DNA of 59,975 bases, the filler included, from Sphacelaria rigidula (lineage: Eukaryota): assembly GCA_964200075.2 (NCBI GenBank). It is 9 parts of 9 records of this genome, joined end to end, with 100 filler letters (N's around TTAATTAATTAA, not from the genome) between each part and the next. Parts side by side here need not be neighbours in the genome. Positions count along the whole stretch, not along the records: positions 46,726 to 53,300 come from CAXNAA020019270.1; positions 53,401 to 59,975 come from CAXNAA020019271.1; 7 more parts are not named here. One strand, written 5' to 3'. The position numbers and the translations under genes were made by a program. The notes beneath the pieces were generated by a model. That model did not search any database and had not been told where the DNA came from. It saw nothing but the letters and a program-made list of their open reading frames with translations. This document shows positions 49,270 to 59,975 of the stretch, piece after piece; the first letter of the stretch is position 1; each line of letters begins with the position of its first letter.

Positions 49270-49645
49270 TACATTTTCCGACTGTCGGTCGCAATCAGGT
49301 ATGATTTTGTTTTATCAACACCAAATGCCGGCTTCACCGCCTCCACTATTATTCTTCTGCTGCCGTCTGCACGTGCGGTGAAGTCTAATGGGGTGTTGCT
49401 AATGTTTTCGACCCTACTATTGTACTGCTCTTTGTGGCGGTCGAGGCGCTTGTTCCGAAAGCCGTCGAACTTGAAACAGTCGTGGCAGTAAACTGAGATC
49501 TCCATCCATTCGTTGCCTGCATAGCGACGCCAGGCCCCGTGATGCCTGGTGCAGTTGCGCTTGAATGGGAGAGGTCGTTCTTCTCCTTGAACATCACCTT
49601 GATGGTGGCGTTCTTGTACTACCACTGCAGTAGTAGTGTAGCACC
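49270..49645 (-). pseudogene. Decayed LINE (RTE-like) reverse-transcriptase N-terminal fragment
   Basis: Frameshifted translation QW*YKNATIKVMFKEKND..YAGNEWMEI..KEQYNSR resembles the W.DATI..L.KK.D / HAGK.L.KI / EEQ.GFR start of LINE RT. Confidence 0.5.
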
Positions 49646-51379
49646 TGTCGTATAAGCACAGGATTGCACTGTCTTGCATGGCATTGCATCTACAGTCCAG
49701 TATATATAGTTTATTGTTGCGATCATATATAATATCCCCATCAAAGTATATATATATAGCTCTATAGTATATTAACTGCGATGGGATTTTTGGTGTTTTT
49801 GATGTAGAGAATCATACATGGGTTTGTTTTGGTAGACATTGGACAACCGGATTTTTATGAGCTATGTGCATACTGTACATGTCATCCCATCATTACCACG
49901 ATTGCAGCCAAAGCATCGCTTCGGAGCACAGGCGTGTGGATACACACTCGTAAGCGCAGTGTGTGGGATCTGTATACAGCGAAAGCTGTTGAAGAATCCC
50001 ATCCTTTAGCCTTTGGTTGAGGATGAATTATTTTCAACAATTTTTGCTGCATATCAAATTTCATCCGCTGGTTATGGTGCAGTATGTGGGACTTGCACAG
50101 CTGAGGATGTTCGCAATAAGTTCTCTTTTTGCCCAATTTCTGGATGAATTTGCAGGCAAAGTGAGGATTTATTTCGAGCAGCTTCTCCTGTTCAAATTCC
50201 AAATCTGCCAGTGTGTATGAGATTTGTACAGCAAAATAAGCTGTTCGGAATAAATTGTTTTCTTGCCCAATTCAACTGAGCAAAAAAATTATTTACTTCG
50301 AACAGCTTCTCTAATAAAAATTCTACAGATTTTGTAACAAAATAATTTGATTTTTCAAATTGGGAGTGCCTCTCCACAGGGTTGCTCACAAGGTCGCTTA
50401 TATTTTTTTATTTTGATTGATTGTCGCACTTTAACTGACCCCCCAGGGGTCCAGCCCTGGTCTCATGATAGACGTACCCAAGAGAAACGAAACTGAAACA
50501 CGCTCTAAGGGAAAAAGAAAAAGAAAAAGAAAGGAACAGAAAAAAAAAGACGGGTCGAACAGAACGACATAGCAGACTAAGTCGTGACAAAAAAAATAAA
50601 AAGTCAACACAAGCAAAGCACAGAAAGAAATAGCCGACATGAAGCAAGAAAAAGGAAAACAAGAGGAAAGTACAAAGCAAATACAATGAAACACAATGAA
50701 ACGATGGAATATAACTGATCGTTTTTTTTCATTGATTGTCGCACTTTAACTGACCCCCCCGGGGTCCAGCCGTGGTCTCATGATAGACGTACCCAAGAAA
50801 ACAGTGTGTCGAGAAAACGCTATACAGAAATGCTGGGAGAGGTACTAGGGTCTGCAAATAAATGCCGTACAAGGGTTCTCACAAAGATTGTGTTACAGAT
50901 TTATTGGTCATGTTCCAGTCGACTGGGTTCCATTTGTCATACTTGTCATGCTTGGTACCCGACGGGTCATACTACATTGTTTGATTGAATCCAGCTGCCT
51001 GCCCCCTTTGGGTCAGAGTCGTTTTGGACCATACATCTCAACTAGCAAAGCACAAGTTAGCCTGTACGCCAATAATACAAGAGCATCTACGCCATCCATG
51101 GACTGCTATTTCAGAGGATTCTGTGGTCTTCACACAATGTAAGCCTGACCTTCATGCAGCACATGTTGTGCTGCAGCCTGCGCGGTTCTTGACATGCAAC
51201 CTGACCACTGGTGCGGTGGTCGACTCCCACTCGACAATATCGAACTCAATGGTTTCGATACTAAAGACTGTGTTTGGGCCTACTAGCCCCGGTGCCCACT
51301 GAACTGGCATCTTCTTACCCAGGTAGTATGTATCGTACCATGACAATTGCGCAGAACCCTGTGCAACACGCCCCAGAGT

Positions 51380-52160
51380 GTGCTTCCTGTCCACGTGTGC
51401 AGGATGAGCGCGGGGTACCGCAGCAGCTTGCTATCCTCATCCTTGAATGTTTCGTGAGGCAAAGGTAGTATATGTACCTTCCGCGTATAACTCTTCAATG
51501 TGCTCGTAAAAGCCGATCATGTCTCCGTCACGGCTCATCTTCTCAAGCTGCGTCGCATACCCTTCGAAGGACTGACGCACGGCCGGCCTTGTTTCTCTGT
51601 CGGTTGAGCTCTTCCCCCGGTGTTTTCAGTTCCCTTAGGAGAGCGGTATCGGTTTGGGCACCACGATATTGTCGGCGGGCCGTCTCCCTCCTCCTCCACA
51701 GCTCGTGAATCTCGCTCTTCACTTCCCCGCTCAGTAAAGCAGCCCTGTGGTCGTCGTTTGCACTCAGTCCGGGGGGCGGTTTCCGCCGCGGTAGACAACA
51801 CAACACTATCCTTGAGCGCTGCGGCCATCTCGCCCGCGGCCGACGCAGGCATAGTGGTGATGGGGTAGAAAAGGATCCTGTACAGGAATCGAATCTGAAG
51901 GATGTCCTCCACCTTCAGTCATTCGATGTTGATGGTGGCGCGTCTGCCGCTGTTGTCGCTGCCTGCCTTGCGTCGGTCGGTTGGGAGTGTTCCAGCCGCG
52001 AGGTTGAACTGCAGCGTACACGTACCTGAGTTGGATCTTTTCAAAACGTGTCCAATTCGGAGCCACAGGACTAAACGGTCTTCCCGTTCATGCTCCTCAT
52101 CAGACGCACAGTCATACCGCGCTGTGCAATGAGCTTGGTTTTCCTCATTCCGCAATTGCA
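51380..52160 (-). pseudogene. Decayed LINE (RTE-like) ORF, endonuclease-RT linker region
   Basis: Overlapping broken frames: EMAAALKDSVVLSTAAETAPR, EVKSEIHELWRRRETARRQ..ALLRELK, DMIGFYEHI, FKDEDSKLLRYPALILHTW (cf. IKD.DG.LL.....I..RW). Confidence 0.6.
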
Positions 52161-52749
52161 ACTACCTGCTGTCGCTATTCATATCGCATCCCGTGTCATT
52201 CCTGTCCCGTATTAGTTCTTCTTCTTCTTATACTGTTACTATCGTATAATTTATTACAAGGTTCCGGTGACTTTCGCCTCCACACTCAGTGGATCGACAG
52301 CTACGATACATGAGCACTGATCATAGTTTTGTGCATTGCGTAATGGCGCTGGTCATAGTTTGAAGATGAATCTGTTGCTGCTGACCAGCTGAGCACGTTG
52401 TGCGTGGCCTCGCATAAATCTGTTCAGAGATTGAAGGAGACACGGTCGGAAAACATTTTCGATTCAATTTTGAAACGATTTCGACTCAAATTTGAAACAG
52501 TAAAAAACATTGTAGTCAGCGCCTCATGATGGAAAAACTGCATGTACCGTAGAGTAGCAGCAGCTACAGCTAGCTGCAGTACCGGAGCAGTAACACAGGA
52601 AGAACAGTCGAGGCGGTACGACATACGTGCAAGATCAATACACGCTTGAGGTGTGCCAGCTCTGCCCCGAGAGTTAAGTGGGGAACGATGACACGCTGCC
52701 GTTTCATAAGTTTCCCGATTCTCAACTGAACATAATGCCAATACACATT

Positions 52750-53119
52750 TCAAGTGGTAATGGTGACGATTCCAACACTGAATTTCTTCCTCGTTTCAGC
52801 CCGAAGAGGAACATAGATGTCGTTATGACAGAGGTAGATGAAGAGTCTTGACACTTGACAAACAGCCCAACCACCATGATCAGAGGTGAACCTGGGGATC
52901 GCATTGCCCCCGCAACCCACAACATACACAGCTCGAACCGTACCTGACCATCATCAGTTGAACACGCTGTGCGTGTTTGTTGTCCGTACTGTCGTCCCAT
53001 ATGTCCTGTACAACCAGAACATACCTGGGCGACTGAAGGTAGATGTGCTCCAAATCATCCGTAACCCCCTCCAATGTGCACAATGACTTGCAGAGGTCAG
53101 GATCTCCATATACAATCGT
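52750..53119 (-). CDS. Hypothetical protein, possible last two exons
   Basis: Exons 53119-53025 (gtag|TIVYGDPDLC..YLQSP AG|gtatgt) and 52891-52750 (FTSDHGGWAVCQVSRLFIYLC..*) join in phase. No family recognised. Confidence 0.4.
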
Positions 53120-53400
53120 CTACGAGCAAGTCGGGCCAGTAGAGTTTACCACGTGGTGGGGGTTTGTTGATCTGAGTTGGTGTTAGTGTGGACACAACAA
53201 AACGGATCTCTGATGGGGGACACTACGATAGCCCCCCCTCCCCGACCAGCCTGGTCCGGCGAAAACCCGGCGTGCTCCGTCCCGGGTTCGTAGGGATGCG
53301 NNNNNNNNNNNNNNNNNNNNNNNNNNNNNNNNNNNNNNNNNNNNTTAATTAATTAANNNNNNNNNNNNNNNNNNNNNNNNNNNNNNNNNNNNNNNNNNNN

Positions 53401-55059
53401 GGGAAGGTGCCCATCTGCTCAAAAGTTTGGGCCCATATTTTCTCGTTGATTAAACCCCATGTGTAGTGATTCCTATACCTGACAGAGATGACGTCCATAC
53501 TAGAATAAAATCTATATGAAACCCCCGATCGATGCATTCAGCGGATGACGACGAATTTTGTTGTGGACATTCTCTGGAGCAAGGGGAGACGATAAATACC
53601 CTCATCTTCACCTAATTCATTATATATTCCGAGATATAGCGCACATAAGTTTTCATACCAAAATCGATATATTACAAGCAGAGGCACTAGATGCCCTAAA
53701 TCTGGATATTGCGTCTCAGCTTTTGAGAGCTAGCTGTTCCATATAATTTCGTGTGGTGAACCGCGAGTGCATTACTTTTCTTCATTTTTTTTCTCGTGTT
53801 TTTAGTGGAGTTTTGAGGAGAAATAAACATTGCTCTGAGGCCTTATCTCAATGTTTTAGCTCAATTTTTACAATTGTGATTTGAAAGTTAGCATGGAGAA
53901 CTACAAAAGTGTGCCGAATAAAAGTAAAAAAGGTCATCATTTTTTTTTTCGTAGAGGTTGGGGCGTTCTCGTGAAGAAATGGTCTTTATCATACTAGAAC
54001 GCCCTACACCAGTGAAAAAATAATTGAAAAAAACCTGACTCACTGAGTGCTATTAATTATGCCTTAGAGAGCGCCCACACAAAATCTTAATACACGAAAA
54101 CCAAACGTGGGCCGGTGAGTGGCCTTCGGTATACTGTTCCGAATTTCTACCGACCGGGTTCTTGAAAGGTCCATGCTCAGCCCAATATTCAGACTTGGAG
54201 CATAAATTTTTGTATAGTATGGGCAATGCATGGGGCATGAAAAAAAATTACGTCGGTACCAAAAGTTTTTTTTCTTCTTCATGAGTTGAGGGCAATAATA
54301 ATTTTGTAGGTATCAGTAAAATGCCCTCAACTCATGAAAAAAAAAATTGGTACCGACGTAATTTTTTTTTCATGCCCCATGCACTGTCCATACCAAATTT
54401 CACTCCAACTCTAAATATTGCAACGTTGTGTTCTGTAAGGTACGGGTACGTTCTGTAGGGTATGAGATTCCGTACAGAGTTTACAGAGCTGTCGGGTACC
54501 GGTATGGGAGTCTCACAGAGTTACAGAACTGTCGGGTACAGGTATGAAAGTCTTACAAACATTACAGAACTTGTCGGGTACGGTACGAGAGGCTTACAGA
54601 GAACCGGTACCGGCAATCGGGTAACTCTTTTCGAGTATACCCGCCCCTCGGGGTCGGGTAAATGTTATGTACAGAACTTACAGAACTGTCGGGTACCGGC
54701 ATAGAAGTGTTACAAACTTTACAGAACTTGCCGGGTACGGTATGGGAGGCTTACAGAGAACCGGTACCGGCAATCGGGTAACTCTTTTCGGGTATGCCCG
54801 CCCTTTGGGTTTGGGTAAATGTATTGTACAGAAGTTACAGAACTATCGGGTAAGGATATGAAAGTCTTACAGAGATTACAGAACTGTCGGGTACCGGTAT
54901 GAAAGTCTTACAGAAGTCACAGAACTGTCGGGTACGGTACATATCCGGAAAAACACCCCGGGTATACAGAAAACCGTACCTTACAGAACACAACCTTGAA
55001 ATATTGGTCTGAGCGTGGGCCTGCAAACTTCAAATCCGTCTCTAGGCTGGCCCAGCTCG
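53401..55059. mobile_element. Second, diverged copy of the mariner-like element (reverse orientation, left part cut by the linker)
   Basis: 53401-53760 is the reverse complement of ~45510-45811. It ends TCTAGGCTGGCCCAGCTCG|TA and has an internal palindrome at 54182-54420. Confidence 0.75.
54421..54998. mobile_element. hAT-like non-autonomous element with 8-bp TSD and internal repeat array
   Basis: AAATATTG|CAACGTTGTGTTCTGTAAGGTACGG ... CCGTACCTTACAGAACACAACCTTG|AAATATTG. The interior is built from TTACAGAACTGTCGGGTACCGGTATG-like units. Confidence 0.85.
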
Positions 55060-55645
55060 TACATATTTGTTAGTCATGGCACTCCTATTTTCCTCATAAT
55101 CATACACTGGGTCTAATTTGCTGTTTTTTCCTTTTCTGCTGAGCTACTGCAATACGCTTTTGCGTCTTGGTATGAACCTCGTGTCGAAAAATCAGGTTCT
55201 CCCTCTTAGAAACCGAGTCGTGCAATGCTAGTCAAGAGCAAAACAAGAGCTGTAGTAAGGTGGCCCAGCTCGTAGTTACGGGCGTGCTCTGCAATACTGT
55301 ATGCCAACAGGATGGCAATGGCGCGCCCTGACGGAGTATACTGACTCCACCATGTCTCATTGAGGGGTGGTGAATAACGTGTCAACAACTCAGACGGAAC
55401 ATTGAAAGTTCGAGCTTCGTCAGTCCGATGGATACCCGACAGGCAGCAAAGCTATAAGGTAGATGGCGTAGATTAACACCCCCAGATTAGAGGGTACTTG
55501 CCTTTCTCCCAAACACAGTCCAGAGCAGCTAGCATCCCCCTGAACAACTGTAGAGCTTCGAAAGAGATACCGGGTACATATACACGCTAATAACGTATTT
55601 GTCGGCTGTCGTTACACGCTACGGCATTCCCGCTCTCGCTCTCAC

Positions 55646-56268
55646 CGGGACCTCGGCAAGCTCCAGCCTTACAAGCTCCGGCGAATTTTGCTCCGGTAGC
55701 CCATAAGCAAACATTCCCCCCGAACCATCTTTATCTCCATCCCCTCCACCAATCTCCATCTCGTCGGGCTTACTTTTGCTACCCTTGGGAATTCCGTCTA
55801 CACCCATGGTTGTTGTCGGGGTGGACACAAACAACTGGCTTCTGCTTGTGATGAAGTTGGGGGTGGTGTAGCCACTGCGCCGCGCCCGTTTTCTAGAATA
55901 CCCGCTGAGGATGGGAGGTCTCTCTCGCATGTAGCAGTGGTGGGTGTTGTCTAGTACGCAGCTGGGGGAGGCGGCGACGCCGTTGCTGTTGCTGCCGGTG
56001 CTGCGGTGGGATGTCGTCGTGAAAACACCATTACTCGTGCGATAGCCGCCCCGACAGGGAGTAAAGGGCACGCCGACCGCGGTCAAGAATCCGGAAGTTT
56101 CGGTAGCAAGCAGCAGGGCGAACACAGCCGCGGCCCACGTCGTTGTTGCTGTTGCTGTTGATGTTCCTGACGGGCGCCTGTGGGCCGCTGTCCCGTGACC
56201 ATCACAGTCACATGTCACCCGTATTTTTGCTCGTTCTCGAGGTGGCGAGATTGAGTGTGTCTCCCACA
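55646..56268 (-). CDS. First exon of a hypothetical, possibly plastid-targeted protein
   Basis: ATG-initiated 200+ aa ORF with a hydrophobic stretch WAAAVFALLLATETSG-FL, followed by a Ser/Thr/Arg-rich transit-like region. Donor CCG|gtgaga at 55645. Confidence 0.6.
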
Positions 56269-59200
56269 TGGTGATAATGAGACACTGAGCAGTGGCTTCC
56301 CCGCTGTCTGCTGTTGATCAACGCAATAATAGCAGGAGACGGCAACAGAGCACCCAGCTGACGGTGCCCAGCCTAGCAAGATGACGGGACTGTCAGATCA
56401 AATCTGGTAGATACCCTCACCCATAATTGTACATACCCTGCAGTTCGAGGTAGAGTACCTACCCCCTTGTTGATTTCGACGTACTATGTTTGTTTCTCGC
56501 TCGATCCTGCGCGTGCCCCCAGTTTGATCGCGGACTCCAGAGGAAGGGGGGACGGATCGCGCGGTATAAAGGATCGTGCGACTCTTCGTAGCGATGCTGC
56601 CGATACAGCAGGTGCAGTGTGTATCTAAGATCTTGTGTAAGTGTTTTTTTTTTGTGCCCGGGTGGAATTATCTCGTTTCGTTTTGGTGGCTCACTCCGTC
56701 TGCCGAACCCTTGCCAATCCCGTTGGTACGCTGCGATCTTGTCCCACTCCAGACACCGAATGTGGATGCACAGGAATATGTACCGACAGTATTGTATTCG
56801 ATATGACTACAAGTACCATTCTGGACAGTGTATGAACACAGCGAGTCGGAAGCGTGGGTGATACAACACGCCTTCTGATTATCTCTCGCCAACGTTTCGT
56901 TCTCAAACGGGTCATGTGTATACGGCGTACTTGTACAACCGACGCCGCTGCCAAGAAACTGCCTCGTCTGGGCGGGTCGCAGGACCAGGTGTCCGAACAC
57001 GACGAGTACTGGACGTGGAATCGGGATGAAAAGTTACAGTATCCTATGCAGCCGGGAGGAAAAAGTCTATGCCCATAGACCTTACGGCTATTCGGTTGGC
57101 GTACACCAGTTGCGAGTCTTGCTTACAGGATAGTTCATCTTTCCCACGATGCGCGCGTTTGTGTGTGGGTGGCTACATGCTTGGAGCGTACCACAGCAGC
57201 CTGGTGTGAAGGAGATTGCCGACGGTATCTTTCTCTATACCACCAGGGTCGACCGCAGCACTACTCACGATGGATATGACAGCATCGGCAGGCCAACCTT
57301 CGTCTATGAGGTCTGTTTATGTATCTAGGTGTTTTCATACTCCAGCAAGTATACGCTAATTATTTCATAGCAGCGAGTGTTGGCGTTTTGTTTTATCTCG
57401 GGTACGTCAATGATGTGACCGCAGCTGGATTCCTGGGGGATCAGGTAAGTAAGGTGCGACAATCAATCAGACATGGGCAGTCTCCGGCAGGCAGCAAAGG
57501 CTGCTGGTTGGTTGTACATTGCTGGGCTCGAAGGCGGTACACGGCAGTACTTCCCACGCGATGTACAGAGTATACGTTCGAGCTTCTATAGTTGATGCAT
57601 ATCGCGAAGTGGCAGGGGTGCCCGTAGAGTAGAATCGAGGTACCTGGGCCACACATTTGGTGTTGGGGCGGTGAGAGAGAGGCACGAGAGATGGGAACAT
57701 GGACCGTGGTTGCTTTAATTATTTTTGCACCCTACTATGCCGCAAGTGATGGATCGGGGGAAACCTTGAACTCAGGGAAAGTCTCTGGGTGGGGTTTAGG
57801 TGTTGGGGTATGGTAAGTCTCCCCCCGTGAACCCTGAAACAATAAAATCTGAGCTGCTACAAGTAGGGCTCGGATGAATATGCAAAAGCTGAGGGATGAT
57901 CCTGAGGGCCAAGAACTGGCGGTGCTCGGGCTTGATTTCATGAAAAGAAACTAGCTATGCCGTACCACAACTGTCGGGTATTACAGTGCCGCAGTGGATA
58001 GGTCAGCACCGAGCTCAGTCCCTTCCTTCATGATAACCCTGCAAACGCAGCAGGGGCTATAGTATCGAAAGTTCATCCTCGGACATCTGCGTCCCTTTTG
58101 TACTTAAGTTTCTGGGTACTGACACATCGGTGGGGCGTTAAAATTCCGACCTCGGTATGTGGTGAAAGGGACTGCACAGTTCAGTACAGTAGTACCACAG
58201 CGCTACCACCAATCGCAGTGAGTGCCCCTTCCCCGACTGCGAATGCTACGAGCTCCCCTGTGGGCAGCTAGGGTTATCATGTCAAATGAGCAAGTTCATC
58301 CTGGGTGACGTCATGCTTTTCCGCGTGTACTTACCGTGTCGCGGAGCCCGTGTGCCAGTGCTACACCTCTTGTAATACATATGATCACGCGCCAATGGTA
58401 TCTTGGCCACGGAAAAGTAGCACGACAAACCTTTCGTCGCCTCCTGTCTCGTCGATCTTGACCGATTCGGCGCCGTGGACCATCGAACCCTCTCGGGTGA
58501 GCACGGTGCCATGTACCTGTGCCGTGTACCTGAAGGGTCGGATTCCGCGGTAAAGGCGCGAGGCAACATTCAAAACTCGGATGACAGCATTCAAAAATAG
58601 TACATGCAATTAACTTTTTCACCATTTCCACCGAGAAGAGTAAAGTCTAGCACTGCGGTCCCATCATATGTACAACTAATAGTATAGCACAGTCAGCAGT
58701 ACAGCAGTCATTGGATCCGCAAGTCCGTCAATAATTTATGTTCTCTGTGGAGCGGGAGCAGCTCTGGATCGCGGTGCCTACGTAGGTCTGCTCGGCTATT
58801 GACTTTGGTACTTAATGTTTGATTCCTCCACATGTCACCCTGCAAATTTTCTACCCGTTCACCAACGGGCTTGAACTCCGGTTTTAGCAATCCTGACCCT
58901 GACCCTGAACCTTATCCCTGAGTCTTTATCCCTGCGTCCCTGAGTCCATTGGTTTCTCCTCGAGACTCTCGAGTATCCACAAACCTTGGGTTCAGCGTGA
59001 CACCATACTAAAAGTGTTTACTCGACTCGAGTGTCAAATCAGTATCTAGTTGATTTTCAGGGGAGGGTTTCCCCCAACATTTGGATGAAAATATTCGAGT
59101 TTTTCCCTCAGGTGGAAGGGAAGGTCCTGCAGTATCCGAAATAGGGAAACTCCAGTTCATGAAGCACCCGTCATGCTTGCTGGGAGCATCTAATAAGACA

Positions 59201-59705
59201 TGAGCCACTTCGATAACCGAATGCAATGAGGGTGGTGTAGAAATTATCTCGGAGAAAAAGTGTGAGTATGACCATGCTTCTATGCCAAGTCTACCTCTCT
59301 CCAGCCGAAGCTGCTTGCGGCCTTATCTTTCCGACCCCCACCAGTGTTTCACCAAAACGATCCGGAAACGTTTCAACATATGATCTCCCCATATGTAGCC
59401 ATTCATCTTCATCCTCAGCACGTACAGAAACTCGCAAGCTGTTGTTCCTTGCATCCACTTTTTCTAACCAGGTGGAAAGTGCAAGAGCAGACCGACGGGG
59501 TGTGAAAATCTCTATAGACTTTTCTGGGTCTACCAATCTCGAACTCTCCTCAGGACCAACTACAAGTCGTGGACGACTTGCGGAAATCGATGCAAAGTCC
59601 GAAGGGCAGGTGCGACACAGGTGTGATTCGGTCTGGCGATACTGCTCGTAGGTTCTCGGCCACTGATCGCTTTTTCCCTCGCCCCCCCCCCCCTCCCTCC
59701 AACTA

Positions 59706-59975
59706 TGGTGAGACGCCCATGATGCGGTGTGGAAGCCGTGACTGTCTCTGGAAATGGCGATACCAGAAATGAAACAACTCATTGTAGACTATCATCCATA
59801 TGCAAGAAAATCAGTACGCTTCGGGCCGAACAATCTTAGCAGCATGCAACTCACCCTGCATGTTAGTCGCCGAACAGATCACAGCACTTCGCGCTTGATG
59901 ATGGCGAGCCCCGTGCGGAAAACCCCCGGCGTGGTCTGTCCCGGCTTTGTAGGGATGTGAGGTCAATGGTCTCAT
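59706..59975 (+). mobile_element. Near full-length short retroposon family C
   Basis: Preceded by a C-run (59682-59700). It aligns along its length to 14075-14379. Confidence 0.8.

Noticed and set aside
54421..54998. CRISPR-like array (also 17843-18355)
   Set aside because: No unique spacers between identical repeats, no cas genes, eukaryotic context, and the first array is bounded by TIRs and a TSD.
57735..57941. Short ORF with signal-peptide-like stretch
   Set aside because: No supported downstream exons or homology cues, so it could be chance.

Overview
Eukaryotic, intron-rich, repeat-rich DNA. It is most consistent with a brown alga or related stramenopile (inferred from GT-AG short-exon/long-intron genes, a heterokont-style calcyphosin motif and a heterokont-style plastid leader). 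The window is not one locus. It is nine fragments of exactly 6,575 bp joined by eight identical 100-bp linkers (N44-TTAATTAATTAA-N44), so adjacency across linkers is meaningless. Phase-consistent exon chains reconstructed by hand give: a CaMK-type kinase apparently fused to a ZU5-like domain, with an 11-nt micro-exon; a calpain-family protease with an N-terminal UBA-like domain, a PIP-box-like motif and a GRF zinc finger inserted into the catalytic domain; a divergently oriented NAT9-like acetyltransferase; the 3' ends of a calcyphosin-like gene and an asparaginyl-tRNA synthetase; and several hypothetical genes. The rest is largely transposon-derived: two tRNA-headed SINE families, a LINE/short-retroposon pair sharing a 3' end and sitting in poly(C) tracts, decayed RTE-like LINE fragments, and nested TIR elements with TA, TTAA, 4-bp and 8-bp target duplications. 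The best leads are the calpain architecture (hypothesised DNA/ubiquitin-directed protease), the poly(C)-associated retroposon pair, the kinase-ZU5 fusion and a ~410-nt intronic foldback.
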